Shown: positions 49,246-58,787 of the stretch, in pieces | Layout of the letters: each line of letters opens with the position of its first letter | Numbering within the stretch: position 1 is the first letter of the stretch | Origin: Candidatus Limnocylindria bacterium | Lineage (GTDB): Bacteria > Chloroflexota > Limnocylindria > Limnocylindrales > CSP1-4 | Length of the DNA: 64,000 nucleotides | NCBI GenBank assembly: GCA_041484785.1 | Contig: JBGPIH010000001.1 | Span: 7,258-71,257, forward strand | Direction: 5' to 3' | Translations under genes and position numbers: made by a program | The notes under the pieces: generated by a model | What the model saw: only the letters and a program-made list of their open reading frames with translations | Told to the model about the DNA's origin: nothing | Databases searched by the model: none

Positions 49246-49608
49246 TCAGCCGGTGGTGAAGAGGCGGTACACGACCGCCCCGAGCACGACGAAGGCCACC
49301 AGCAAGAGGGTGCTGGGGCCGCGGCCGCGCATCCGCCCGAGGAACGAGCGGGCGAGAGGGATGAGCGCGATGGCGATCAGCGCATAGAGGATGTGGAGGC
49401 CGTCGGCCGGCCGCGAGCCGGCCACCAGCAGCATGAGCCCGCTGGCCGCCCCGACGATGACGAGGCTGACGACGGCGGCCTGAAACTGCTCGAACCTCGG
49501 GCCCCCGGTTCGTCCCGAGCGTGCGAGCGCGGCTGACCAGACCGCGCCGCCCGCGACGGCGGCGATGACGGCGTACGCGAGGAGCCGGTGGATTGTGTCC
49601 GTGATCAC
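49246..49608 (-). CDS. Hypothetical membrane protein
   Basis: Three hydrophobic helices; 120 aa. Confidence 0.45.
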   Translation of the reverse strand: MITDTIHRLLAYAVIAAVAGGAVWSAALARSGRTGGPRFEQFQAAVVSLVIVGAASGLMLLVAGSRPADGLHILYALIAIALIPLARSFLGRMRGRGPSTLLLVAFVVLGAVVYRLFTTG

Positions 49609-49614
49609 GCCCTC

Positions 49615-50391
49615 TCAGTCGGCGGGCTCGCCGCCCAGGAGATCCTCGAGCAATCCCGGCGGCGCCGGCCGGATCCGACCCTCGAGATCGAGGAAGGCGC
49701 CCCGAGCTCGGTCGGCCGCGACGAGCGACCCGTCCGCCCGGCGGACCTCATGGTGCCACGTGCCCGACACCCGGCGCAGCTCGATGAGTCGGCTCGTCAC
49801 CGCGAGCTCGTCGTGTTCGCGGGCCGGTGCTCCGAGGATGAGATGGTGGCCGACGACGAACGTGACGAAGCCCTCGCGTTCCATCCGTTGGCCTGGCCAG
49901 CCCGCCAGATCGGCGGCCCGGAAGACAGCATGCTCGAGCCACTGGAGGACCGCCTGCGGCCGGGCGCTGTCGTTCGGCCCAAGCTCGTGGCTGTGGACCG
50001 CCTGGCTGAAGCAGAACGTGCGGCCGGCGACGTCACGGTCGACCGGCGGCAGGCCGGCATCGAGCGGCGGGCCGCCGAACTGCCACAGCGCGGTGAGTTC
50101 GGCGGCCGGCCGGTGGTCGACCTCGATCGTGTAGGCGATGCGCTGCCACGAGGCGGTCTGCTCCAGGACGATCACGTCGACGTTCACGATGACGTCGGGC
50201 GGGACCGGCTGGCGGTACCCGATTTCGACCGACCGCAGCTCGCCGGCCGGCTGGCCCGCCGCATCATGCGCAGCCCGCATCAATGCGAGGTAGGCGGCGT
50301 TGTTGACGTGGCCGTAGCGGTCGCAATCATCCCAGCGTGTGCGGACGTTGACCCTCGCGCCCGACCGTTCGTCGTGCCCCCCGCCGGTCAT
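49615..50391 (-). CDS. Tandem hotdog-fold acyl-CoA thioesterase
   Basis: YGHVNNAAYLAL in the first half, second hotdog repeat in the C-terminal half. Confidence 0.7.
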   Translation of the reverse strand: MTGGGHDERSGARVNVRTRWDDCDRYGHVNNAAYLALMRAAHDAAGQPAGELRSVEIGYRQPVPPDVIVNVDVIVLEQTASWQRIAYTIEVDHRPAAELTALWQFGGPPLDAGLPPVDRDVAGRTFCFSQAVHSHELGPNDSARPQAVLQWLEHAVFRAADLAGWPGQRMEREGFVTFVVGHHLILGAPAREHDELAVTSRLIELRRVSGTWHHEVRRADGSLVAADRARGAFLDLEGRIRPAPPGLLEDLLGGEPAD

Positions 50392-52907
50392 CGCTGCCAG
50401 GCGATGAGCGGCAGGGCGAGTGGACCGGATTCAGCGGCCTCGCGCGACAGGATCCGCGCGGTGTAGGCATCCGATGGTGCGGTCAGCCTGCCGAGCGAGA
50501 TGCTGAAGTCGGCCCAGCCGTCGCGGTTTCGGCGGCCAGGACGCATCTCCAGGATCACGCTCGCGGCATCCTCGTCCCCGATCGGGGCTCGGTAGAACTG
50601 CACCGCGACGTCGGACGGCGCGAGCGCTCCGAGACCGACGGGGACGACGACGCGGGCGCCCGAGCCTCGTCCACGGACCGTCGGCGCGCCAAACGCGAGC
50701 GACGACCAGGCGGACCGGATCCGCTCCCGACGCGCGGCGACGAGGACCGCACCCCTGCCGCCCCGGGCGGCCAGCGCGGCCGCCCGCGCGGCGGCCGGCA
50801 GGTAGTGCTGCTCGACATACTCGGCGACCATCCGGTTGGAGCTGAAGCGCGGCGTCAGCATGGTCATCGAGGCGCGCAAGCGGTCCGTCCAGGCTCTTGG
50901 GATACCGTCGGGATCGCGGTCGTAGAAGGCCGGCAAGACGTCCTGCTCGATCAGCCGGTAGAGCTGCTCGGCCTCGGCCGCGTCGTCGGGATGCTCACCT
51001 GCCGGAGCGCCGAGCGCCCAGCCGACCGCCGGGTCGTAGGCCTCGGCCCACCAGCCATCCAGCTCGGATAGGTTGAGCCCGCCGTTCGCGAGCACCTTCA
51101 TGCCGCTCGTACCACTCGCTTCGAGCGGATAGCGTGGCGTGTTGAGCCAGACGTCAACGCCATGCACGAGGTGGGCCGCGTGCTCGAGGTCGTAGTCCTC
51201 GAGGAAGACGATCCGGTCGCGTACCGCCGAATCGCCGGCGAACCGGACGATCTCGGCGATGAGGCCCTTGCCAGTATCGTCACGCGGGTGGGCCTTGCCG
51301 GCAACGACGAGCTGGATCGGCCGTTCGGAGTCCCTGAGCAGCCGCCGCAACCGGTCGGGTTGGCTCAAGAGGAGGGTCGGGCGCTTGTACTCGGCGAAGC
51401 GTCGGGCGAAGCCGATGGTCAGGACGCCGGGGTCGAGCACTGACGCGGCCGCCGCGACGCACTCGGGCGGCTCACCGCGCTGGGCGAGGTGGTGTGCCAA
51501 TCGCTCGCGCGCCCAGCCGACGAGGCGCGCTCGCTCGCGGTTCCGAGCGCCCCACAGGGCCTCGTCCGGGACGTCCGCGAGCCGGGCCCAGTTGGCCGTG
51601 TCGGGTTGGTCCCAGCAGGCCTCGCCGTAGCACAGGTGCCAGAGCTCGCGCATCGCGTCCGAAACCCAGGTCGCGACGTGCACGCCGTTGGTCACCGAGC
51701 CGACCGGGACCTCGCGCTCGGGCCAGCGGGGAAAGAGGCCGGCAAAGAGCCGGCGGCTGACCGCGCCATGGAGCTGGCTCACACCATTCGCGTAGCCGGC
51801 GAAGCGAAGCGCCAAGATGGCCATCTCCAGCGGTGCCGACGGGTCACCGGGATGCGTCCGACCGAGGTCGAGCAGCTCCTCGGTGGACAGGCGAAGCTCG
51901 TCGGCGTAGGGGGCGAGGGAGCGCCGGCTGAGGTCGGGCTCGAAGGTGTCGAAGCCCGCGCCGACCGGCGTGTGGGTCGTGAACACGTTGCCGGCGGTCG
52001 TCGCCACGCGGGCGACCTCGAAGCTCGCGCGGTGCTCGACCATCCAGTCGCGTGCCCGCTCGAGGACCGCAAACGCAGCGTGGCCCTCGTTGAGATGGCA
52101 GACCGGCGGGCGGATCCCGAGCGCGGTCAGGGCCCGCCAGCCGCCGATGCCGAGTGCCATCTCCTGCTGGAGGCGGGTCTCCCGATCGCCGCCGTAAAGC
52201 TGCGCGGTGATGCCCCTGTCCGCCGGGCTGTTGACTGCCACATTTGCGTCGAGGAGGTAGAGGCTGACCCGGCCGACCTGCGCCCGCCAGACCGCGAGCG
52301 TCAGCGGGCGGCCGGGCAGCGGGACTTCGACCGTCAACGGGCGCCCGTCGTCCGTCAGCACCTGCGAGATCGGGAGGAGATCGAACCGGTTCGGCGGGTA
52401 GTACTCGCGCTGCCAACCCGAGGCGTCGAGCTGCTGGCGGAAATAGCCCTCGGCGTAGAGCAGGCTCACCCCGACGAGCGGCACACCGAGCGCACTTGCC
52501 GACTTCAAGTGGTCGCCGGACAGGACGCCCAGCCCGCCCGAGTAGAGCGGCAAGGCCTCGTCCAGACCGACCTCGGCGCTGAAGTAGGCGCCGAGCGGCT
52601 CCACGACTCGTCCATGCGTCCGCTCGAACCAGCCGCCATCGGCGCGGTAGGCGGTGCGCTCGGCCGCCAGCCGCTCGAGGGTCGATTGGAAGGCTGGATC
52701 GGCAGCGAGCTCCTCGAGCCGCTCCAGCGGAGCGAGCCGAAGGATCGTCCAGGGGTCGGCTCCGCCGGTCAGACGGCCATTGGGATCGATCGCCCGGAAG
52801 TGCGCGCGGATCTCGGGACGCCACGACCAGCGCAGGTCGAGCGCGAGTTCGCGCAGCAGGCTGAGTTGGGAGCCCCCCGTACCGGTAGCGCGGTTGGTCG
52901 CTTGCAC
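50388..52907 (-). CDS. glgP: Alpha-glucan (maltodextrin/glycogen) phosphorylase, GlgP-type with DUF3417 N-terminus
   Basis: YFSAEVGLDEALPLYSGGLGVLSGDHLKSASALGVPLVGVSLLY and the PLP-Lys region. Confidence 0.85.
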   Translation of the reverse strand: MQATNRATGTGGSQLSLLRELALDLRWSWRPEIRAHFRAIDPNGRLTGGADPWTILRLAPLERLEELAADPAFQSTLERLAAERTAYRADGGWFERTHGRVVEPLGAYFSAEVGLDEALPLYSGGLGVLSGDHLKSASALGVPLVGVSLLYAEGYFRQQLDASGWQREYYPPNRFDLLPISQVLTDDGRPLTVEVPLPGRPLTLAVWRAQVGRVSLYLLDANVAVNSPADRGITAQLYGGDRETRLQQEMALGIGGWRALTALGIRPPVCHLNEGHAAFAVLERARDWMVEHRASFEVARVATTAGNVFTTHTPVGAGFDTFEPDLSRRSLAPYADELRLSTEELLDLGRTHPGDPSAPLEMAILALRFAGYANGVSQLHGAVSRRLFAGLFPRWPEREVPVGSVTNGVHVATWVSDAMRELWHLCYGEACWDQPDTANWARLADVPDEALWGARNRERARLVGWARERLAHHLAQRGEPPECVAAAASVLDPGVLTIGFARRFAEYKRPTLLLSQPDRLRRLLRDSERPIQLVVAGKAHPRDDTGKGLIAEIVRFAGDSAVRDRIVFLEDYDLEHAAHLVHGVDVWLNTPRYPLEASGTSGMKVLANGGLNLSELDGWWAEAYDPAVGWALGAPAGEHPDDAAEAEQLYRLIEQDVLPAFYDRDPDGIPRAWTDRLRASMTMLTPRFSSNRMVAEYVEQHYLPAAARAAALAARGGRGAVLVAARRERIRSAWSSLAFGAPTVRGRGSGARVVVPVGLGALAPSDVAVQFYRAPIGDEDAASVILEMRPGRRNRDGWADFSISLGRLTAPSDAYTARILSREAAESGPLALPLIAWQR

Positions 52908-53240
52908 GATCGTTCCTTCAGTCCCTGGATGGTCGTGTGCGCCGTGGCTGGCGCCGTCATGCCGCCTGCATCGTCGCTATCGGGGCTGAGCGGAGCGTGA
53001 GGTCACGCTGAGATTCACAACCGGGATGGCTCTGAGGCATCCTGACCCGAACAACGACAGGGGCGTAGGATGCCAGGACGCTCGTAGTCCGGTGCGCCTC
53101 ACAGGTGATTCTCAGTTTCGATTCAGCCGAGCCTCATTTCGACGCCGACACTGGGTGGTAGAGCGCCGGTCCGGGCGACTGGACGAACCAGCCAGCCGCG
53201 ACGGCACAAGGTCGTCGACGACCGGTCGGAGGTTCAAGCA

Positions 53241-53840
53241 ATGCAGCACAAGACACCAAGCGTCGCGTTCGAGGGGAGCGCCAGGCCCCTGCTGGCTGGC
53301 CTGCTCGCGATCCAGGCCTTCCTGGGTTACGAATGGTTCATGTCGGGCCTCGCGAAGGCGCTAAGCGGCGACTTCATTTCGGGCATCGGCGACCAGCTGA
53401 CCGATACGTCCAAGGACCTGTCGGGCTTTTACAAGTCGTTCCTCGACGGCACCGTGATCCCCAACGCTCAACTTTTTGGCTATCTCGTGATGATCGGCGA
53501 GCTGGCCATCGGGATCCTCCTGATCGCCCTCGCGGCCGTGTGGTGGTTTCGCTGGTCGAGGCTCTCGATCACCGGCCAGTCTGTAGTCCTGGGATTGATC
53601 GTCCTGGCCGGCGTGTTCGCGATCTTCATGAACGTCAACTTCCATTTGGCGAACGGCGGCACACACCCGTGGTTCATCGCGGCCGACCCCTTTGATGAGG
53701 GCGTTGACCTCGATAGCGTCATGCCGCTGATCCAGCTCGCGATCTCGGGTGTCGCCTTCGTCATCCTCCGCCAGGTCCGAGCCGCGCGACCGGCCAGCTC
53801 GTCGGAGCGGCCAATCACAGCCTCAGCCTCCCACCCTTGA
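53241..53840 (+). CDS. DoxX-family membrane protein
   Basis: Four TM; DoxX-like hydrophobic pattern. Confidence 0.6.
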   Translation: MQHKTPSVAFEGSARPLLAGLLAIQAFLGYEWFMSGLAKALSGDFISGIGDQLTDTSKDLSGFYKSFLDGTVIPNAQLFGYLVMIGELAIGILLIALAAVWWFRWSRLSITGQSVVLGLIVLAGVFAIFMNVNFHLANGGTHPWFIAADPFDEGVDLDSVMPLIQLAISGVAFVILRQVRAARPASSSERPITASASHP

Positions 53841-54039
53841 TTTCAGTCTCTGCTTCGCTACGGCGATCGGGCATCGCACCGCTCGATCGCCCTGCGCGCC
53901 GAGGTCGCGACACCAATCAGGACGACATTGGGGCCCGCTCATGATGGCGGCCGTGGACTCGCCCGGTCGGTGTGTCAGAGGCCGGGACTCTGTTGATGGC
54001 TGACGCCAGCGGGAGCCGCACGATGGAGGAAGACGCCGG

Positions 54040-55122
54040 ATGACCGCCGATGCCCGAGACATCCCCGCCAGTCGGTGGCAGAGAGCCTGGACGGCGATTG
54101 ACGAACGTCTGGGCCTCAGCGGCCTGGCCTACCCTGTGCCCGCCCATGCCAACGGCATCGGCTACATCCTCGGCGGGATCACCTTCTTCGGCTTCCTGAT
54201 CCTCGCCGCAACGGGCGTGTGGCTCGCCCAGTTCTACCACCCAACCCCCGAGGCGGCCCGCGAGAGCGTCCTCTACATCATGACCGTGGCACCCCTCGGC
54301 GACATCGCGCGCGGCGTCCACTTCTGGACCGCCAACCTGGTCATGGCCACCGTCCTGCTGCACACGGCACGCATCTTCGTCACCGGGGCGTACAAGCGAC
54401 CGCGCGAGCTGAACTGGCTCATCGGGCTCGGGCTGCTGTCGGTCACGATCGGCCTGATCTTCACCGGGACCGTCCTCAAGTGGGACCAGGAGGGGTTCGA
54501 GGCGCTCGGTCACAATGTCGAGATGGGCGACCTGCTCGGCGCCTTCGGCTTCTGGTTCTCGCCAGCCATGTCGGCCAGCCTGCCAATCGTCGGGCGCCTG
54601 TACATCGCCCACGTCGTGATCCTGCCCGCGCTGGGGACGTTCCTCCTGATCACCCACTTTCTGCTCGTCAAGCGTCACGGCATCTCGGCTCGACCGGCCG
54701 ACTTCGACGCTGCGGTCGACGGCGGGCCTGAGCCCTCGAAGGCCGGCTCGACGTTCGCGGTCCATCTCATCCGGATGGTCGGCTTCGGGCTCGTCATCCT
54801 GGCCGTCACCTTGCTGCTGTCCCTCATCGTGAAGACGCCGCTGGGCCCTTCCCCGAACCCGAGCGTTGAGGTCTCGAAGCCCTGGTGGATGTTCCTGCCG
54901 TTCTATCCGTTCGAGGACTGGTTCGGGCTGCCGGCGCTGATCTGGGCTCCGGGCCTCCTCATCGGGGCGCTGGCTCTCGTCCCGTTCGTCGACCGCAGCC
55001 GATACCGCTCGCCCGCTCGGCGTCGCGTCTTGATCATCGCCGGTGCGATCGTCCTGGTCGCCCTCGTCGCGCTCGTCGCCTACGCGCTGATCGAGCCGGC
55101 CAAGAGCCACGTGGCGATGTGA
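54040..55122 (+). CDS. qcrB: Cytochrome b (bc-complex cytochrome b/b6 family)
   Basis: Heme-ligand His pairs in TM helices (FYHPTPEAARESV, VHFW, LLHTARIFVTGAYKRPRELNW). Confidence 0.85.
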   Translation: MTADARDIPASRWQRAWTAIDERLGLSGLAYPVPAHANGIGYILGGITFFGFLILAATGVWLAQFYHPTPEAARESVLYIMTVAPLGDIARGVHFWTANLVMATVLLHTARIFVTGAYKRPRELNWLIGLGLLSVTIGLIFTGTVLKWDQEGFEALGHNVEMGDLLGAFGFWFSPAMSASLPIVGRLYIAHVVILPALGTFLLITHFLLVKRHGISARPADFDAAVDGGPEPSKAGSTFAVHLIRMVGFGLVILAVTLLLSLIVKTPLGPSPNPSVEVSKPWWMFLPFYPFEDWFGLPALIWAPGLLIGALALVPFVDRSRYRSPARRRVLIIAGAIVLVALVALVAYALIEPAKSHVAM

Positions 55123-55331
55123 TGGGCGCCGTCCTCCTTCGACTCACGCTGCTTGCGCTCGGCATGGGCCTGATCGAGATCGGGCTGACCGACGCCCTCG
55201 GTAAGGGGTCGCTTGCCGGATGGGGGCTGGTCTTCCTGGCTGGGTTCCCGCTCGTCCTGGTTGGAACGGCCGGCGTCATTGGTCCGCTTTTTGGGATCCG
55301 GCGCGACAGAGGAGGCAGTGGTCATGACTAA
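55122..55331 (+). CDS. Small two-TM membrane protein, translationally coupled to cytochrome b
   Basis: ATG overlaps the qcrB stop (TGATG). Hydrophobic 69 aa. Confidence 0.4.
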   Translation: MGAVLLRLTLLALGMGLIEIGLTDALGKGSLAGWGLVFLAGFPLVLVGTAGVIGPLFGIRRDRGGSGHD

Positions 55332-55836
55332 GCGCTCCCTCGCCAGCCCACTGGCAGCAGCGCTCCTGCTTGCGATCCTCGCCCCAGCCGTCCTGGCCCA
55401 CGGCGTCGTGACCGTGACCGTTGACCCGATGACCGTGACGGCCGGCGAGGACGTGACGATCAGCGTGGCTGGCGTCGAACCCGACCAGGATCGCGTCATC
55501 GTCCTCATCGGCCAGGGGATCGTCGTCCCGTTTCCAACCGTGCGAACCGACGCTTCGGGCTCGTTCGTTACGACGCTGACGATCCCGACCCGGCTGCCGG
55601 GCGGGACCTACCGCTTCGAGGCGATTGGCGACGAAACGCTGACGGGCGACGTCGACGTGATGGCCGCCGCCGGCGGGATCGCGGCCCAGGCACCGGTCGA
55701 CCTGACGGTGCCCGAGTCGCGCACCCGTGGCGCGCCCGAGACGGGCGGGATCGCCGTCGTCGCGCTGCTAGCCGGGCTCATCGGCCTCGCCCTCGTCTGG
55801 CGCGCCGAGCGCTTCCGGGGTTCGGCCAAGGACTGA
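55324..55836 (+). CDS. Secreted protein with N-terminal His after signal cleavage and C-terminal PETGG + TM + basic tail
   Basis: GGAGG SD. Signal peptide ...AVLA|HGVV. C-terminus APETGGIAVVALLAGLIGLALVWRAERFRGSAKD resembles a sortase-type sorting signal. Confidence 0.55.
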   Translation: MTKRSLASPLAAALLLAILAPAVLAHGVVTVTVDPMTVTAGEDVTISVAGVEPDQDRVIVLIGQGIVVPFPTVRTDASGSFVTTLTIPTRLPGGTYRFEAIGDETLTGDVDVMAAAGGIAAQAPVDLTVPESRTRGAPETGGIAVVALLAGLIGLALVWRAERFRGSAKD

Positions 55837-55909
55837 CCGTTCGACGTTCGATCTCTCACGATCTCTCACATGCCTCTCCGCCGCCTCTCAGGCGCCATTC
55901 AGCCTAGCC

Positions 55910-57103
55910 GTGCATGGTCGAGCGATGAATACGACAGTTGCTCCCTCGCAGGGCGAACAGCCAGCCGGACCAGTCACCCTTGGGTCCGGCTGGCTGTGGC
56001 CCGCCGCCTTCGTGGCGATGTACGTCGCCCTGTTCTACGTGCCCGGCCACTCCCCGGCATCGGGCGGCAGCGACGACCTCGTCGCCACGATCGGTGCGCT
56101 CTACGTCGTCGGGCTGATCGTCGTGGGCGTGCGCCTCCTCCGGGGCACCATCCTCCGGGCCGGCGGCAGCCACCAGCCGATCGTGCTCCTCGGAAGAGGA
56201 CCAGATCCCCTGACGTCGGAAGCGATCCGGCCACGATGGCGCCTCACCGCCGTGGCCGCCGGTGTGATCGCGCCAGTGGCTGCCGCCCTTGCCGCCTGGC
56301 AGCTTGCGGCCGCCGCTGACCCAACCACGTACGCCCACGCGATCGCAAGCCTCGCGCTCAGCGTGAGCGCCGTCATTGCCGCGGGCGCGCTCATCCCCGC
56401 ACCAGGTTTCCCCGGATGGGCGCTGTTGCTCGGGATCGTAGACTCGACCGGAGCCCCGCTGGAACAGCGCGTCCGGCGTGCGGCCCGGATCGCACGAGCG
56501 GTCGGAGCCCCGATCCTGTTCGCGGCAGGCATAGCCGCCGCGCTGCTGGGCGACCCGATGCTCATGCTCCTCGGATTCGTCCTCGGCTTCCTGACTTGGA
56601 GCGGGGGCCAGGCGGCCGCCGCCCAGGACGCGACCGCTCGTTTTCTCGCCGCCCATACTGCGGGCGAGATCGCCAGACCGATTGCGAATGACGCTGCTCC
56701 CGATGAACTGATCGGCAACCTCATGGGCCGCCTGAGGACGGACAACACCATCGTCACTGTGGAGGCCGGCGGCGGTGTCGTCGGGGCGATTGGGCCGCGC
56801 CAGCTCGCGGCCCGTGACGCACTGAAGCGCGACGAGCGCTGCACGGAGGCCATGGTGCCGCTCGGTTCGCTGCGGCTCCTCGGCCCGGCGTCGCCTGCGG
56901 TCGACTTGCTCCCCGAGATCGCCCGGCACGGCTTCGCGCTCGTCACCGGCCCGGATGGGCTGGGCTACGTCGAGGCGTCGGATCTCGGGCGCCAGATTAG
57001 GATCTGGATCGCACTCGGCGACCGCGGCGTCGGCGGGCGTTCGGACCGGCATCGGGACGGTCGCGGCGCCAAGGCCGGGGCGGGCGGCACGATCGTCGAA
57101 TGA
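55910..57103 (+). CDS. Membrane protein with C-terminal CBS-like domain
   Basis: Multiple TM, then TEAMVPLGSLRLLGPASPAVDLLPEIARHGFALVTGPDGLGYVEASDLG. Confidence 0.55.
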   Translation: MHGRAMNTTVAPSQGEQPAGPVTLGSGWLWPAAFVAMYVALFYVPGHSPASGGSDDLVATIGALYVVGLIVVGVRLLRGTILRAGGSHQPIVLLGRGPDPLTSEAIRPRWRLTAVAAGVIAPVAAALAAWQLAAAADPTTYAHAIASLALSVSAVIAAGALIPAPGFPGWALLLGIVDSTGAPLEQRVRRAARIARAVGAPILFAAGIAAALLGDPMLMLLGFVLGFLTWSGGQAAAAQDATARFLAAHTAGEIARPIANDAAPDELIGNLMGRLRTDNTIVTVEAGGGVVGAIGPRQLAARDALKRDERCTEAMVPLGSLRLLGPASPAVDLLPEIARHGFALVTGPDGLGYVEASDLGRQIRIWIALGDRGVGGRSDRHRDGRGAKAGAGGTIVE

Positions 57104-57351
57104 ACGGCGGTGGCGGCCGCGGTGACGGCCAGCGAGCACCTTGCCAGCTCGCGTCATCGGCGTCTTCGCGGCCTTGTGGTCGATGCTGGCCGCCGGCTGG
57201 TTGTGTCGATCGCCACCCAAGGCGAACTGCGGACACCGGTGGTCGTCTCGCGGTGGGCTGTTTTTCGTCGCGGTCGTATGGCTGATTGGGCTCCTGATGC
57301 TTGTGCTGTTCGTGCCCCGCAGGGCGGACGAGTAGGACCCATCGCGTCCGA

Positions 57352-58071
57352 TTACAGCTCGGCGTAGCGGACGAGCTTGACTTCCGAATGCCGCCCGAGC
57401 GCGCGACGAAGGTAGTGACAGTAGCGGGCGTTGACGACGACCAGGATGCGCCGGCCCGTGTCCCGCCGAGCGAGTTCCACGACGCGCTCCGCCAGCGCCT
57501 CGCGGTGGGTGATTGCGCCATGCAACGTTGACCCACGGTGCATCGCCGGTGCACCCGACAGCCAGTCCATGAGGTGGTACAGCAACTCCGCCATCCAGTG
57601 GCGGGCTCCGCGGTCGACAGCGACAGGGCTTTTGGCACCCCGCTGAAGCGACGCGACCGCAGCGCGCAGGCGATCGAACAGCCACCTTCGCGGCCCTGCC
57701 GGCCCCGATGTCGTGGCATCGACCGCGGTCAACCCGTCAGCCCGCGCGTCATCCCCGATCGGCACGACGACGATGTCGGTCTGCTGGGCGAGGGGCAGGA
57801 GGGCGTCGCGGTACTCCGGCGGCAGCCCACCGAAGTCCCGAAGCCGCCATTGCTCGAGGGTCATGTCGAGGCACAGCAGGTCCGGGCCGATCGTGCGGAC
57901 GAAGTCGACGAGGGCGACGAGGTCGTAGGGGGTCGGTTCGGGCCGGAATTCGGCCAGCGTTCCAACCACCGCAACCGGTGTGAGGCCCTTGGTCGTGACG
58001 TCCATCCGGTCGTCGATGGGTCCGTCGAGCGGTTGATTGCCAGTCGCGCGGCGGTCGGTGTCGAACGTCAT
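57352..58071 (-). CDS. Hypothetical protein
   Basis: 239-aa ORF of balanced composition, 4-nt overlap with the downstream LuxR-family gene. Confidence 0.45.
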   Translation of the reverse strand: MTFDTDRRATGNQPLDGPIDDRMDVTTKGLTPVAVVGTLAEFRPEPTPYDLVALVDFVRTIGPDLLCLDMTLEQWRLRDFGGLPPEYRDALLPLAQQTDIVVVPIGDDARADGLTAVDATTSGPAGPRRWLFDRLRAAVASLQRGAKSPVAVDRGARHWMAELLYHLMDWLSGAPAMHRGSTLHGAITHREALAERVVELARRDTGRRILVVVNARYCHYLRRALGRHSEVKLVRYAEL

Positions 58072-58730
58072 TCCCGGCCCCCTTCATCTGGGCTCTGGCG
58101 GACCGCCCAGAGCACCGCCTCTGTTCGCGACCGCACGCCGAGCTTGGCATAGATGCTGCGCAGATGCGCCTCGACGGTCCGCACGCTCAGGAACAGCGCC
58201 TGGGCCATGTCCTTGTTCGTTTGACCCCGGACGAGGAGATGGATCACGTCATGCTCACGCTCGGAGAGTTCGTTGGTGGCCCGGCGGTCGAGGCCGACCG
58301 GTCGGGCGAGCTCGGCGAGTGCCCGCGCCGCGATCGAGGGCGGCAGGGCAATCTCGCCACGCCCGACCGCCACCAGGGCGCGGACAAGATCGCTGGTCGG
58401 AGAATCCGCTGGGAGGCAGCCGATGACGCCGGCCTTGAGCAGGGGAACGACGGTTGGCAGGTCGATGTGGTCGAGCACGGCAAGCACTCCCAGACCGTTC
58501 GTAGCGCTCACCAGGGCCGCAGCAGCGTCGGGATCCATCGTGGCGTCGTCCAAGAGAACCGCCACGACGCCGACCGTCGGCAGCAGGCTTGCCACCTCGG
58601 CCGCCGCGCCAGCCGTGCCGGTCACCGTGAGTTCCCGTTGCTGTGCGAGCAGGGCCTCCCACGCCGCCCGCCGAAGAGCTCGGGGGGCGACGACGATGAC
58701 CGGAGTGACGGCTTCACGAGGGTGTGGCAC
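58068..58730 (-). CDS. LuxR/NarL-family response regulator-like transcription factor
   Basis: C-terminal LuxR HTH (LSEREHDVIHLLVRGQTNKDMAQALFLSVRTVEAHLRSIYAKLGV); N-terminal receiver-like region. Confidence 0.7.
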   Translation of the reverse strand: MPHPREAVTPVIVVAPRALRRAAWEALLAQQRELTVTGTAGAAAEVASLLPTVGVVAVLLDDATMDPDAAAALVSATNGLGVLAVLDHIDLPTVVPLLKAGVIGCLPADSPTSDLVRALVAVGRGEIALPPSIAARALAELARPVGLDRRATNELSEREHDVIHLLVRGQTNKDMAQALFLSVRTVEAHLRSIYAKLGVRSRTEAVLWAVRQSPDEGGRE

Positions 58731-58787
58731 TGGACGGAGCGTACCGGACCCGGACAGGCCGGGTCCGGTACAGCTTCGATCCGCCGA

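Noticed and set aside
57100-57335. Two short ORFs, 57100..57285 and 57141..57335, after the CBS-membrane gene
   Set aside because: The first is Gly/Arg noise. The second has two hydrophobic segments but no SD and overlaps a convergent gene's 3' region. Too weak to call.
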